In this document: piece after piece, positions 36,433-44,675 of the stretch | Layout: the number at the start of each line of letters is the position of its first letter | Position numbering within the stretch: position 1 is the stretch's first letter | IMG/VR virus record: IMGVR_UViG_3300017971_000032 | Span: 13,501 to 77,500 of that record | DNA: 64,000 nt | Source of the DNA: a virus | Direction: 5' to 3' (one strand) | The notes under the pieces: model-generated | Databases searched by the model: none | Seen by the model: the letters and a program-made list of their open reading frames with translations, nothing else | What the model was told of the DNA's origin: nothing | Program-made: the position numbers and the translations under genes

Positions 36433-37488
36433 CTATATGCTTACTAGCCAATCACCCAAGATCTGACGTATGAGTCCGAACAGGTTGTCCAGATCTGCTG
36501 GGTATTGGACGCATCGGTTGGGGACACTGTAATCAGCCCATTCTTCCATTGGAAGGAAGTTCAACACAACTGATTGAAGTGTTCCATCACGACGATCTTG
36601 AATCTCATCGCACTTGCGTACATCGGTGGGATGTTCCATAACCCCATCCGATACAATCAGATCTAAGCGGTAGGCACCCGCATCGCCGTGGGTATTCTCC
36701 CATGATTCCAGTTCTTCCATGAGAGGATACATCCATGTATCTTGCCCATTCCATCTGCTTGGATATTGGGGCAATCTACTGACCGCAGTGCCTAATGGGT
36801 CATCTTCGTCCTCAAATGGGTGGTGATATTCTCCCCAGTAGTTTTCATCGGTTGACAACAACCGTACGTGCTTGCCATCCTCTCCACCTGCCCAAGTCCA
36901 CAGGTTGACAATTAGGCTGTCATCCAGCAGATCCTTGCTGGCAGCGAACAAGCTGAGGTAAAGTGTGCGGATGACGGCCACTGACACGTCCGACAAACCA
37001 TTATACACCATGGAATTGGATACATCCAGGCAAATATTGACTTGTAGCTTGATGCCCTTGGTAGCCCTAACTTCTTCGCCAAATCCGCCCTGCCCTGAGG
37101 CAGCGGCAACCGGGTCATCTATCCAGTCCCCATCGTACAGACCGTGGACTTCTCCCCAACCGATGGAGGCAGCCAGTTCTGACTGGAGGTACCCTGTGGT
37201 GGCTCTGGCTTCGTCTGCTAACAACTGCTGAGCCTCTACATGACGTTGATGGGCTAAGAGTGTTAGTTTGGCCTGCTCAGCTTGGCGCTTCTTCTCAACT
37301 TCATTCTCTGCATCCAAGAATGCCTGTCGTTCCTCCTCACTCATGGCCGCCAACATAGCTTCCCGCTTCTCACGTTCCTGCTTCTCACGTTCCTGCTCTT
37401 GGCGTCTTTCGCGCTCCCATCTGCGCTCGTCCTCCTTGGTCCAGGAGCGACGTCTTCCCTTTTTGATCTTGCGGTCTGTGTAAGGCAT
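36433..37488 (-). CDS. vWA-domain protein
   Basis: MIDAS LDVSNSM and IVSDG; charged N-terminus; adjacent to the AAA+ gene. Confidence 0.85.
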   Translation of the reverse strand: MPYTDRKIKKGRRRSWTKEDERRWERERRQEQEREKQEREKREAMLAAMSEEERQAFLDAENEVEKKRQAEQAKLTLLAHQRHVEAQQLLADEARATTGYLQSELAASIGWGEVHGLYDGDWIDDPVAAASGQGGFGEEVRATKGIKLQVNICLDVSNSMVYNGLSDVSVAVIRTLYLSLFAASKDLLDDSLIVNLWTWAGGEDGKHVRLLSTDENYWGEYHHPFEDEDDPLGTAVSRLPQYPSRWNGQDTWMYPLMEELESWENTHGDAGAYRLDLIVSDGVMEHPTDVRKCDEIQDRRDGTLQSVVLNFLPMEEWADYSVPNRCVQYPADLDNLFGLIRQILGDWLVSI

Positions 37489-38585
37489 CAGTTTCTCCCG
37501 AATTGGACTGTCTGGGCCGTGCTCTTGAGTGTTTCCTTGAGCACCCTGGCCTCAGCCACATTGTCTACCATGTGGACAACGGACGCTTCGAGCGCATCCA
37601 CTACGTCCTCCCCAGCTTTGACCAACGTGATCGCATCCATGAGCCTTCTGGGAGTAATCTGGTAACGACAACGCCCCTTCTTGTGTTGTTCCCAGCAGGC
37701 TATGCCATACTCCACCACCAGGTTGGTCCAAGCCTCTCCCTGTGGCATACCATTGGCTTCTAGCAGAAGTGATAATCTGTAGGCTGAAGGGAACTCCAGC
37801 TTGATAGGGAAGAAGCGGTCTTGGAGTGCTGGGGGCAGTGGCTTGGTGCCTACCAGACCTGGGTTGTAGGTGATGAATAACCGGAAGTCCGGGTGAACTG
37901 GAGCACTCTTGCCGTAAAAGCTCACCTGGAAGGGTGGTGCCAGCTGGTGGTTGAGGTACATAAGTGCATCCGGTTCGGCTGCGTTGATGTCATCAATCTT
38001 GGCCCACCACCCGTTAACGGCTGCGGCCACATACTCGGCGGTCAGGAAATTTGCCCCATTGACCAACTGGTGGCCGACCAGATCGCGACGTCGCAGCCCT
38101 GCATCGGCTGCGACGTTGACCAAAGGCTTGCCACATTCGGCTGCCAACTGCTCCACAGCGGTGGACTTGCCAATGCCTGGTGGCCCCTTGATCATGATGT
38201 GACGCCCTGACCTGACCATAGCCTTCATACGGGCGTACCATTCGGGTGTGCGGAAGTTCTCCATCTGCTCTGCTACCATCGGCACGTCTGGCCAGCGGAT
38301 GATGGGTGCGTAGTCTTTGTCTGGGCTGGGGCTTGCGGCCACGGTCTGCGCGTCAACATGGTCTGCCTGTTGGATGACTGTTTGGGGGATGACATCAGTA
38401 TAGGTGCCACCCCGACGGCTGAGGGTGAAGTTGTCGCAGTATTGGCCAAGCTTGTAGATGGTGTATATGTCATTCCATCCGAAGCCAGCTTCTCGCATGG
38501 CGTCTTGGGACACATCGTCGCTGGATAGAACAAAGTCTGCCAGCTTCTCCAAATCTGTGTCGGGTTTGACTCTGAACGTGTACAT
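37488..38585 (-). CDS. MoxR/CbbQ/CobS-type AAA+ ATPase
   Basis: GPPGIGKS, KIDDIN, HPDFRLFITYNPG, ALQDRF, ITPRRL. Confidence 0.9.
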   Translation of the reverse strand: MYTFRVKPDTDLEKLADFVLSSDDVSQDAMREAGFGWNDIYTIYKLGQYCDNFTLSRRGGTYTDVIPQTVIQQADHVDAQTVAASPSPDKDYAPIIRWPDVPMVAEQMENFRTPEWYARMKAMVRSGRHIMIKGPPGIGKSTAVEQLAAECGKPLVNVAADAGLRRRDLVGHQLVNGANFLTAEYVAAAVNGWWAKIDDINAAEPDALMYLNHQLAPPFQVSFYGKSAPVHPDFRLFITYNPGLVGTKPLPPALQDRFFPIKLEFPSAYRLSLLLEANGMPQGEAWTNLVVEYGIACWEQHKKGRCRYQITPRRLMDAITLVKAGEDVVDALEASVVHMVDNVAEARVLKETLKSTAQTVQFGRN

Positions 38586-38691
38586 GCACTTTCTCCTTCT
38601 TGCTTAGAGTGTGTCGGGTTTGGCTCTAACAGCTACGGAGAATGTCTTCTTCGTAGCTGTAGGGGCCAAACAGCCCCTAGCAGATCTATAA

Positions 38692-39381
38692 TCACTCCTC
38701 CTCTTCCTGTGGCCAGCCATTGAGGGTGTAGAACGCACACACCCCATCCAGTAGCCTTTCGATGGCACGGGTGCTGAATTTCCAGGAGTATCCGCCAAAC
38801 AAGTCCATGATAGCCTCATGCTCCCAGATGGACGTGTCACGCGTGACGCTGTTGGTGCAGCGATCAGCAGTCCAGCTCATAGCGCGGTCTAGCAGGTTGT
38901 CCATAGCATAGTTGCGCCAGAGCCACACCTTGACCGGGTTGTTGGGGTTCTCGTTTATGGCATCTAGGAGAGGTTTGGCGTACTTGAACCACTGTGCCTC
39001 TGCCATAACGATCCCACGTGAGTAAGATTCTATGGCATCCTTCCAGTTCCAGCTGTCAGCACGCTTCAGGAACTCTGCTTTGGCCTTTTCGTATTCCTCC
39101 AAATAGGATTCACAGTGGGCTTGGATCTCGGCAACGGCTTCCTTAGGATCAACTGGTGCAGGAGGCAAATCCATGCGCTCCTCCTGCAACCCTTTGACCT
39201 GTGCTTCCAGTGGGGTGATCTCCCTGGTGATCTGTCCCTTCTCGTAACCGGACAGACCTTCGCGCTCCTGTTTCAGCTGCTTAATATTGGCTTGGAGCAC
39301 TCGAAGCGTTCTGTCTACTTCCATCCTGCGAACCAGAGCATCCCTGATGTAAGTCTTGGCTTCCCAATTGTTGTGAGACAT
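38692..39381 (-). CDS. Hypothetical helical protein
   Basis: AAGGAG RBS; 229 aa. Confidence 0.6.
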   Translation of the reverse strand: MSHNNWEAKTYIRDALVRRMEVDRTLRVLQANIKQLKQEREGLSGYEKGQITREITPLEAQVKGLQEERMDLPPAPVDPKEAVAEIQAHCESYLEEYEKAKAEFLKRADSWNWKDAIESYSRGIVMAEAQWFKYAKPLLDAINENPNNPVKVWLWRNYAMDNLLDRAMSWTADRCTNSVTRDTSIWEHEAIMDLFGGYSWKFSTRAIERLLDGVCAFYTLNGWPQEEEE

Positions 39382-39427
39382 CTGCTTTCTCCTTATAAGA
39401 TAGCGTCAGGTTTGGCCCCTGACGGAT

Positions 39428-39748
39428 CTATTGATGAGCTTCCTGCCAGTCTTCTTCAGTTTCTGCGGTTGCGCGTCGGATGATGGTCTTCCACAAATTC
39501 AGCTGGTTGCTGGTATAGCCCATGTGCGACAAGACGGTTTTGATGGCCAGGGCTTGGGCTTGTCCCTCTATGCCATTGCTGAGCGTTTCTCCAGGGAATA
39601 GCGGTTCCCCTACCATGAGGCTCACACCGATGGCTGCTTTCTCTTCGTCATCCTTGCCATGTTCCATCGACTCGATAATGACATCTGTGAGTTCGCCTGT
39701 GCCTCCGTGCTCTTGCATAACCTTGGTTAGATCTGACTTTTTGGACAT
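39428..39748 (-). CDS. Hypothetical protein, first gene after duplicated promoter A
   Basis: AAGGAG RBS before ATG 39748. Confidence 0.6.
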   Translation of the reverse strand: MSKKSDLTKVMQEHGGTGELTDVIIESMEHGKDDEEKAAIGVSLMVGEPLFPGETLSNGIEGQAQALAIKTVLSHMGYTSNQLNLWKTIIRRATAETEEDWQEAHQ

Positions 39749-39766
39749 CTGCTTGCTCCTTATGGG

Positions 39767-39884
39767 CTTGGTCTTGCTCTTGTAAAATCCTACTATGCCC
39801 TTATTATAGCTGAGAAGCATTAGAATCGCATTAGAATTTTATTAGAATTTGTTATGAAATTGGTAAAGAAACTATTAAAACCAT
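39767..39884 (-). promoter_or_regulatory. 118-bp duplicated promoter, copy A (TATAAT plus 11-bp phased repeats)
   Basis: One mismatch versus 43896-44013; TTCTAAT x3 at 11-bp spacing, ending 10 nt upstream of TATAAT on the - strand. Confidence 0.8.
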
Positions 39885-41582
39885 GCCTGTCCATTCTGAG
39901 CCATTATATAGCCATGAATCCAAACACGACCTTATAATAGCTCATGCGGATCTACACCGAAAGCCAATGCAAAGCAGTACATAGCCGAACTGGCGGTCTT
40001 GTCCTCATCTTACTCACTGTCATCACCTGTATGGACATGATAATAGCAGGCTATTCTTGACAGATTTACATCTGGCAGCGGAACCACCTCCTTCAAGCGT
40101 TCACCATAAGCTTGCGGATCTGACAATGCTTCTGATGCAGTTGGCCCTACATCCTCCAGGTTGATCTCACACATGTACACGAGGTGATGCCACCAATAAT
40201 TAGCGTCCACAGGTTCCTCGTTTAATAACCTCACCTCACATTGACTCCAACTCTTAGACAAGCTCCTATTGCCTGCAGGCACTATTAGTAGATACACATC
40301 CATGACAATCACTCCATGTAGTAGAACAGCACATCCACGGTGCGGGCATCCACGCGCTTCATCTCACTGAACTCCCAATACTCCGCATCTTCGTACACTC
40401 TGTTCACGTAAGACCTGGCCCACGCACGCACCTTGTGCATATCATTATTAGGTATAGCATCACCTATGTCTTCCGTGATGATGCGCACACGCAACACTTG
40501 CTCCAAGAACTTGACTGCCAGATCCATTAGCGTGGCCTGTATATCAGATCCACTGGAGCACCGATACGGGACAGCAGCCAAGCCAGCTTCAATGCCTCAT
40601 AAAGTGGCTTAATGACTGTCACTACGCTTCCATCAATCTTACGATACATAACTACACACATGTCACTTCTCCTTTGGCTCAGGCAGTTCTTCAGGGAATG
40701 GTACTGGCTTCTGAACCTTCTTGCGCATCTCCTCACGCTCCTTCAGGATTTGCTTGGCGGTCTCCACTGCACTCGGCACTTTCTTCTTGTCCGCCATCTG
40801 ATACCCTCCTGTCTGTCAATATGTCTTTCATCCTATCAATCTCGATTTGTGGCCCTTTCAAATCCCAATCAGCAGTCTCTATGTCTTGGGCAACTCTCGC
40901 AAATCGCCTTCTGGCATGATTCATGTCATGTAGCTCTTCAACAAGCGTGGCTATGTTGTGATTGATAGCGCGCAATGTGCCTGTGATGGCTTTGATCTCA
41001 TATAAGATTGCGCTAAATTGTGCTCCATCCATGATAACTACTCCTTAAGGATGTGGTCTAGGCTCCACTTATCCTTCATGCGTTGTATGGCTGCATCCAT
41101 ATCCTCTTCTGTCTCAAGCCATTTGCCCTCATGCATGTCGTACAGACCTATAGGCTTGCCTTGGTCATCTACTTCCGTGACGAAGCTGGAGGACATGGAA
41201 GCAGCCATCTTCCTGGCTCTCTCAAAATCGCAATATGGGTATGGGCCTGCTAGATACATGACTAGTAATCAATCCTCCCACGTGTTGATGTTAAGCATAC
41301 GGCAGAAATATCGTGCTGCTTGGCTGTTGGGCCCCTCAGCCCTGTATGCTATCACAAATGCGATAGCACTGTCAAGTGTAGGCCATGAGTGGTGTGTGTC
41401 CTTGCCATCAACAAATGGATGAAATGATGCGTCTTCCTCATACCCATCTCCTCTGTTAGGGTGATAGTATTCCACGATGTCATACACATCAATGGAGTGC
41501 GTGGCTACATATTGGCCCCACTTGAATCCACCCTTCCATCTGGCTCCAACACTCTCTTCCAGATCTGTCTTCGTTTCCTCAT

Positions 41583-41792
41583 TCATTCGAGTGCCTCCGG
41601 GTGACGGTCAGTAAATGAGCCCATCCATTGGGACAAGACAAGACGTGCTGTAGGCTTGTCCAGATCGAACTCCTCTTGGAGATATGGGGCAGCCCCAAAC
41701 ATATTAGTGGAGCCTGACTCGCGCAGGTCATCCAAATATTCGTACATCTCCTCAAGTTCCTCTTCATCAATGATCTTGACTTCAACGTCCAT
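41583..41792 (-). CDS. Small hypothetical phage protein
   Basis: YLDDLRESGSTNMFGAAPYL; GGAGGT RBS. Confidence 0.65.
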   Translation of the reverse strand: MDVEVKIIDEEELEEMYEYLDDLRESGSTNMFGAAPYLQEEFDLDKPTARLVLSQWMGSFTDRHPEALE

Positions 41793-41806
41793 CTTAACAC
41801 CTCCGC

Positions 41807-41818
41807 TATACTAAACCT
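41807..41818 (-). promoter_or_regulatory. Phage promoter-like motif AGGTTTAGTATA (copy 4)
   Basis: 11/12 match, intergenic, 2 nt before the GGAGGT RBS. Confidence 0.65.
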
Positions 41819-41827
41819 GCGTGAATA

Positions 41828-43471
41828 TTAGCTATCAACGAATCCAAGATAGTCCTTGGATCGTGTCAAAGCCACATACAGTATGTTATCTTCTTGAACT
41901 TGTTGCCAGGGCTGTGTTGCTAACGGATGTGGCATAAGGTCTGGACGTAGAATGTATACTCTCTCAGCCTCAGTACCCTTGGCCCTGTGAACCGATGATA
42001 ATATGATGGCCTTGCGGGTGACGTCATCGAAGATCTTGCGGATGTGATGTCGCAGATCCGACAGATCCCTCATCCCATCGCACAAAGCCTCCAAAGTGTC
42101 GCATCTGTCATACAGGCTGGCAATCTTCTCTTCTTTGTCAGCTGCCTTCAGTCTAGCAGCCTCACGGTGTTTGTACAACCGCAGCTCCGTTAGAAGTGCT
42201 GTAATGGTCTGTCGCTCCGGTGGGGTGTCCCTTAGCAATCTGTCGATCATGTTGTTAAGCATCTGGCCGATGTTGCGTCCACGGATGACTGCCTTGCGCC
42301 CCTGGCGAATGAATGAGTAGCAAGTCTTAACTAGTGGGGCATTGACTCTGCAAAGCACCAAATCCTCTTCTTGGACTTGCTGGTTGAAGGCATATTCTGA
42401 TAGGTGCTCAATTTCACCCTCCTTAGCCCAAGGTGCCGGTTCTGTCGTGATATGGGGGAAGTGTTGACGAACCAGATCCAAATGGGAAGTGGGGTTGCGG
42501 TAGGAGATTGACAAAGGCAGCTCATCGGCTTCGAGCGCTGCCTTCAATCTGGGCATAGCCTCCGTGTCCGCTCCACGGAATCCATAAATGGACTGTTTAG
42601 CATCACCCACGGCCACGATGCGCCCGTCCCCGTTGGTCAGCTTGAGCGCCAATTGGATTTGGCAAGCGTTCAGATCCTGGCACTCGTCAATGAAAACGTA
42701 GTCGTACTTGCCGATGTTTATGTCGAACACGACAGGCATCCAGATCATGTCATCGAAGTCGATGATGTATGTGCGTTCTTTGCACATTTGGAGTGCAACG
42801 GGCAGTAGCTCTATCAGCCTGTCTGCATCCCCATTCAACTCAATCTCGTACCTGGAAGCCATAGCATCCACTGCCTCACGGTCTGTCGGATCCACCAGTG
42901 TTGCTTTAGCCAAAGACACCATCTTCTTGAGTGGTGCCCGCAGGGATTGATCCTTGTGGGTAGGCAGCAGCTCCTTGCAAATGTTCCAGACCTTAGATGT
43001 GTCCAGCTCAGGCCTGCCAGGCAGATAATTGCTCAGTGCCCGTAGCCCTATGGAGTGAAGAGTGCCAGCGCTGACGTGGGGCGGCACTTTGGCTGCCAAC
43101 TCATCAGCCATGTCCTTGCTAAAGGTGCAGTACAGCACCTTGGCGTCTTTGGGCGTGAGCTTGAGTGCTTGAACAGCGGTGGTGGTCTTGCCGGAGCCTG
43201 CATCAGCTCCAACTACGATGTGGCCAGTGCCTTGTTCAATCTTGTCGAAGATGGCTTGCTGGAAGTGGGATGGGGTGAATTGGCGCTTAGGCTTGGATTG
43301 AGATAACTCCAGCATCCGCTTGACTGACTTGACTGACCGCGTGCCTTTGCACTTGGGGTACTTGGAGCATCCGTAGAATGCCCCATAACGCCCATTGCGC
43401 AAGACCATGGGCGAACTGCAATCTGGACAATTAACTTGTATATGCTTGTCGGGTAGCACTTGCTTAGACAT
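41828..43471 (-). CDS. UvrD/Rep (SF1) helicase with N-terminal topoisomerase-type zinc ribbon
   Basis: CPDC..MVLRNGRYGAFYGCSKYPKC; AGSGKTT, IDECQD, VGDAKQSIYGFRGAD, SVHRAKG.E, YVALTR. Confidence 0.92.
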   Translation of the reverse strand: MSKQVLPDKHIQVNCPDCSSPMVLRNGRYGAFYGCSKYPKCKGTRSVKSVKRMLELSQSKPKRQFTPSHFQQAIFDKIEQGTGHIVVGADAGSGKTTTAVQALKLTPKDAKVLYCTFSKDMADELAAKVPPHVSAGTLHSIGLRALSNYLPGRPELDTSKVWNICKELLPTHKDQSLRAPLKKMVSLAKATLVDPTDREAVDAMASRYEIELNGDADRLIELLPVALQMCKERTYIIDFDDMIWMPVVFDINIGKYDYVFIDECQDLNACQIQLALKLTNGDGRIVAVGDAKQSIYGFRGADTEAMPRLKAALEADELPLSISYRNPTSHLDLVRQHFPHITTEPAPWAKEGEIEHLSEYAFNQQVQEEDLVLCRVNAPLVKTCYSFIRQGRKAVIRGRNIGQMLNNMIDRLLRDTPPERQTITALLTELRLYKHREAARLKAADKEEKIASLYDRCDTLEALCDGMRDLSDLRHHIRKIFDDVTRKAIILSSVHRAKGTEAERVYILRPDLMPHPLATQPWQQVQEDNILYVALTRSKDYLGFVDS

Positions 43472-43895
43472 GCTAGCATCCTTTTTGACAATCTGGGCAA
43501 ATGGTCTCAGAGAACAGCCCTTTTGTGCGGGAGCGCCAGCCTTTTGGCAGTGCCGCTGCTTGGCTAGAGCCCTTGGCCTTGGCCTCACCTTCTGCCCCGC
43601 AACGGGAGCAGGTGACCTTGACTGTGGCTATAAGTCTTTGGCGCTTCCTGGTGTAAGTGTTAGGCATCTTTGACCTCGTCATAAGGGTACAAAATGGGCT
43701 ACTCCATGCATAACTAGTGCCCAGACCGCTTTCTTGCCTTCTCTTTTGTGCTTTTATTGATGGTCAGATTGGACAATCCATAAATCCTTGCGTAATGGTC
43801 AATTATTGCCCTTGCTCTTTTTTCTGTCATCACGTATCCTACATATAGCAATTTGTTTCCTGCGCTAATTTGAAGTATCATCTGCCTGCTGCCTC

Positions 43896-44013
43896 CTTGG
43901 TCTTGCTCTTGTAAAATCCTACTATGCCCTCATTATAGCTGAGAAGCATTAGAATCGCATTAGAATTTTATTAGAATTTGTTATGAAATTGGTAAAGAAA
44001 CTATTAAAACCAT
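43896..44013 (-). promoter_or_regulatory. 118-bp duplicated promoter, copy B
   Basis: Near-identical to 39767-39884. Confidence 0.8.
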
Positions 44014-44258
44014 CACATTTGCCCGTTGCGTTCCAACAAAGCTTCAGCAGCCAGTAGCACCATCTCCGCTGCATCCCCATCTACAGCTACGCGCAGACCT
44101 TTGCCGAACTTGAGCTCCTCTCCAGAGCGGTGCATCTTCCTCATGTCCAGCCATAGCTTGTCGTACTGATCTATCAATGTTATGCGGATGGGGGACAGAG
44201 AATCTTCCAGCACTGTAACCTCATCCACTACTGTACCATACTTGTCTTGCTTTGACAT
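44013..44258 (-). CDS. PC4/YdbC-like ssDNA-binding protein
   Basis: IRITL......WLDMRKM......GKGL; GGAGGT RBS before ATG 44258. Confidence 0.6.
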   Translation of the reverse strand: MSKQDKYGTVVDEVTVLEDSLSPIRITLIDQYDKLWLDMRKMHRSGEELKFGKGLRVAVDGDAAEMVLLAAEALLERNGQM

Positions 44259-44270
44259 ACCCACCTCCGA

Positions 44271-44282
44271 TATACTAAACCG
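44271..44282 (-). promoter_or_regulatory. Phage promoter-like motif CGGTTTAGTATA (copy 5)
   Basis: Exact reverse complement TATACTAAACCG, 2 nt before the RBS. Confidence 0.7.
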
Positions 44283-44399
44283 GCAGACATATTGCCTCAT
44301 AAAATCAAACACGACCTTATAAGAGCTTGGCCTAATCCAAGCTATTTGTTGGGCGTTAATGATAATCCATACCAGTCCATGCGCATCACTAGCGGAGGA

Positions 44400-44531
44400 A
44401 GGGAAGGGGGAGGGGATCCTCCCGTAGGGAGGAGGGGAGGGGGAAGGGATGGTGGTCTACGAGTTCTAGGGCTACGAAGTTATATTTGATGGTATACTAT
44501 TCCTCATCTACTCGTCCTCCCTACGGGAGGA
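44400..44531. repeat. Polypurine mirror repeat plus a pair of inverted 17-bp palindromes
   Basis: AGGGAAGGGGGAGGGGA (44400-16) and its mirror (44433-49); TCCTCCCGTAGGGAGGA (44417-33) and its reverse complement (44515-31). Confidence 0.85.
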
Positions 44532-44624
44532 CTCCTAGATGAACAGCTTCGCTGTTGGAGGACATGCAATATATCCAAACATACATGAGGTGTTGAAAAT
44601 GAGTGGAAGACCTCATATTCGTAG

Positions 44625-44636
44625 CGGTTTAGTATA
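44625..44636 (+). promoter_or_regulatory. Phage promoter-like motif CGGTTTAGTATA (copy 6), upstream of the head operon
   Basis: Exact copy about 40 nt before the portal start. Confidence 0.7.
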
Positions 44637-44675
44637 CTAGCGTCATATTTACAGTGGTGAGCAAGGAGATGTGGA

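Noticed and set aside
39767-44013. The 118-bp repeats as att sites or transposon ends
   Set aside because: No integrase or transposase nearby; each copy contains a -10 box directly upstream of an RBS and gene, which fits a duplicated promoter
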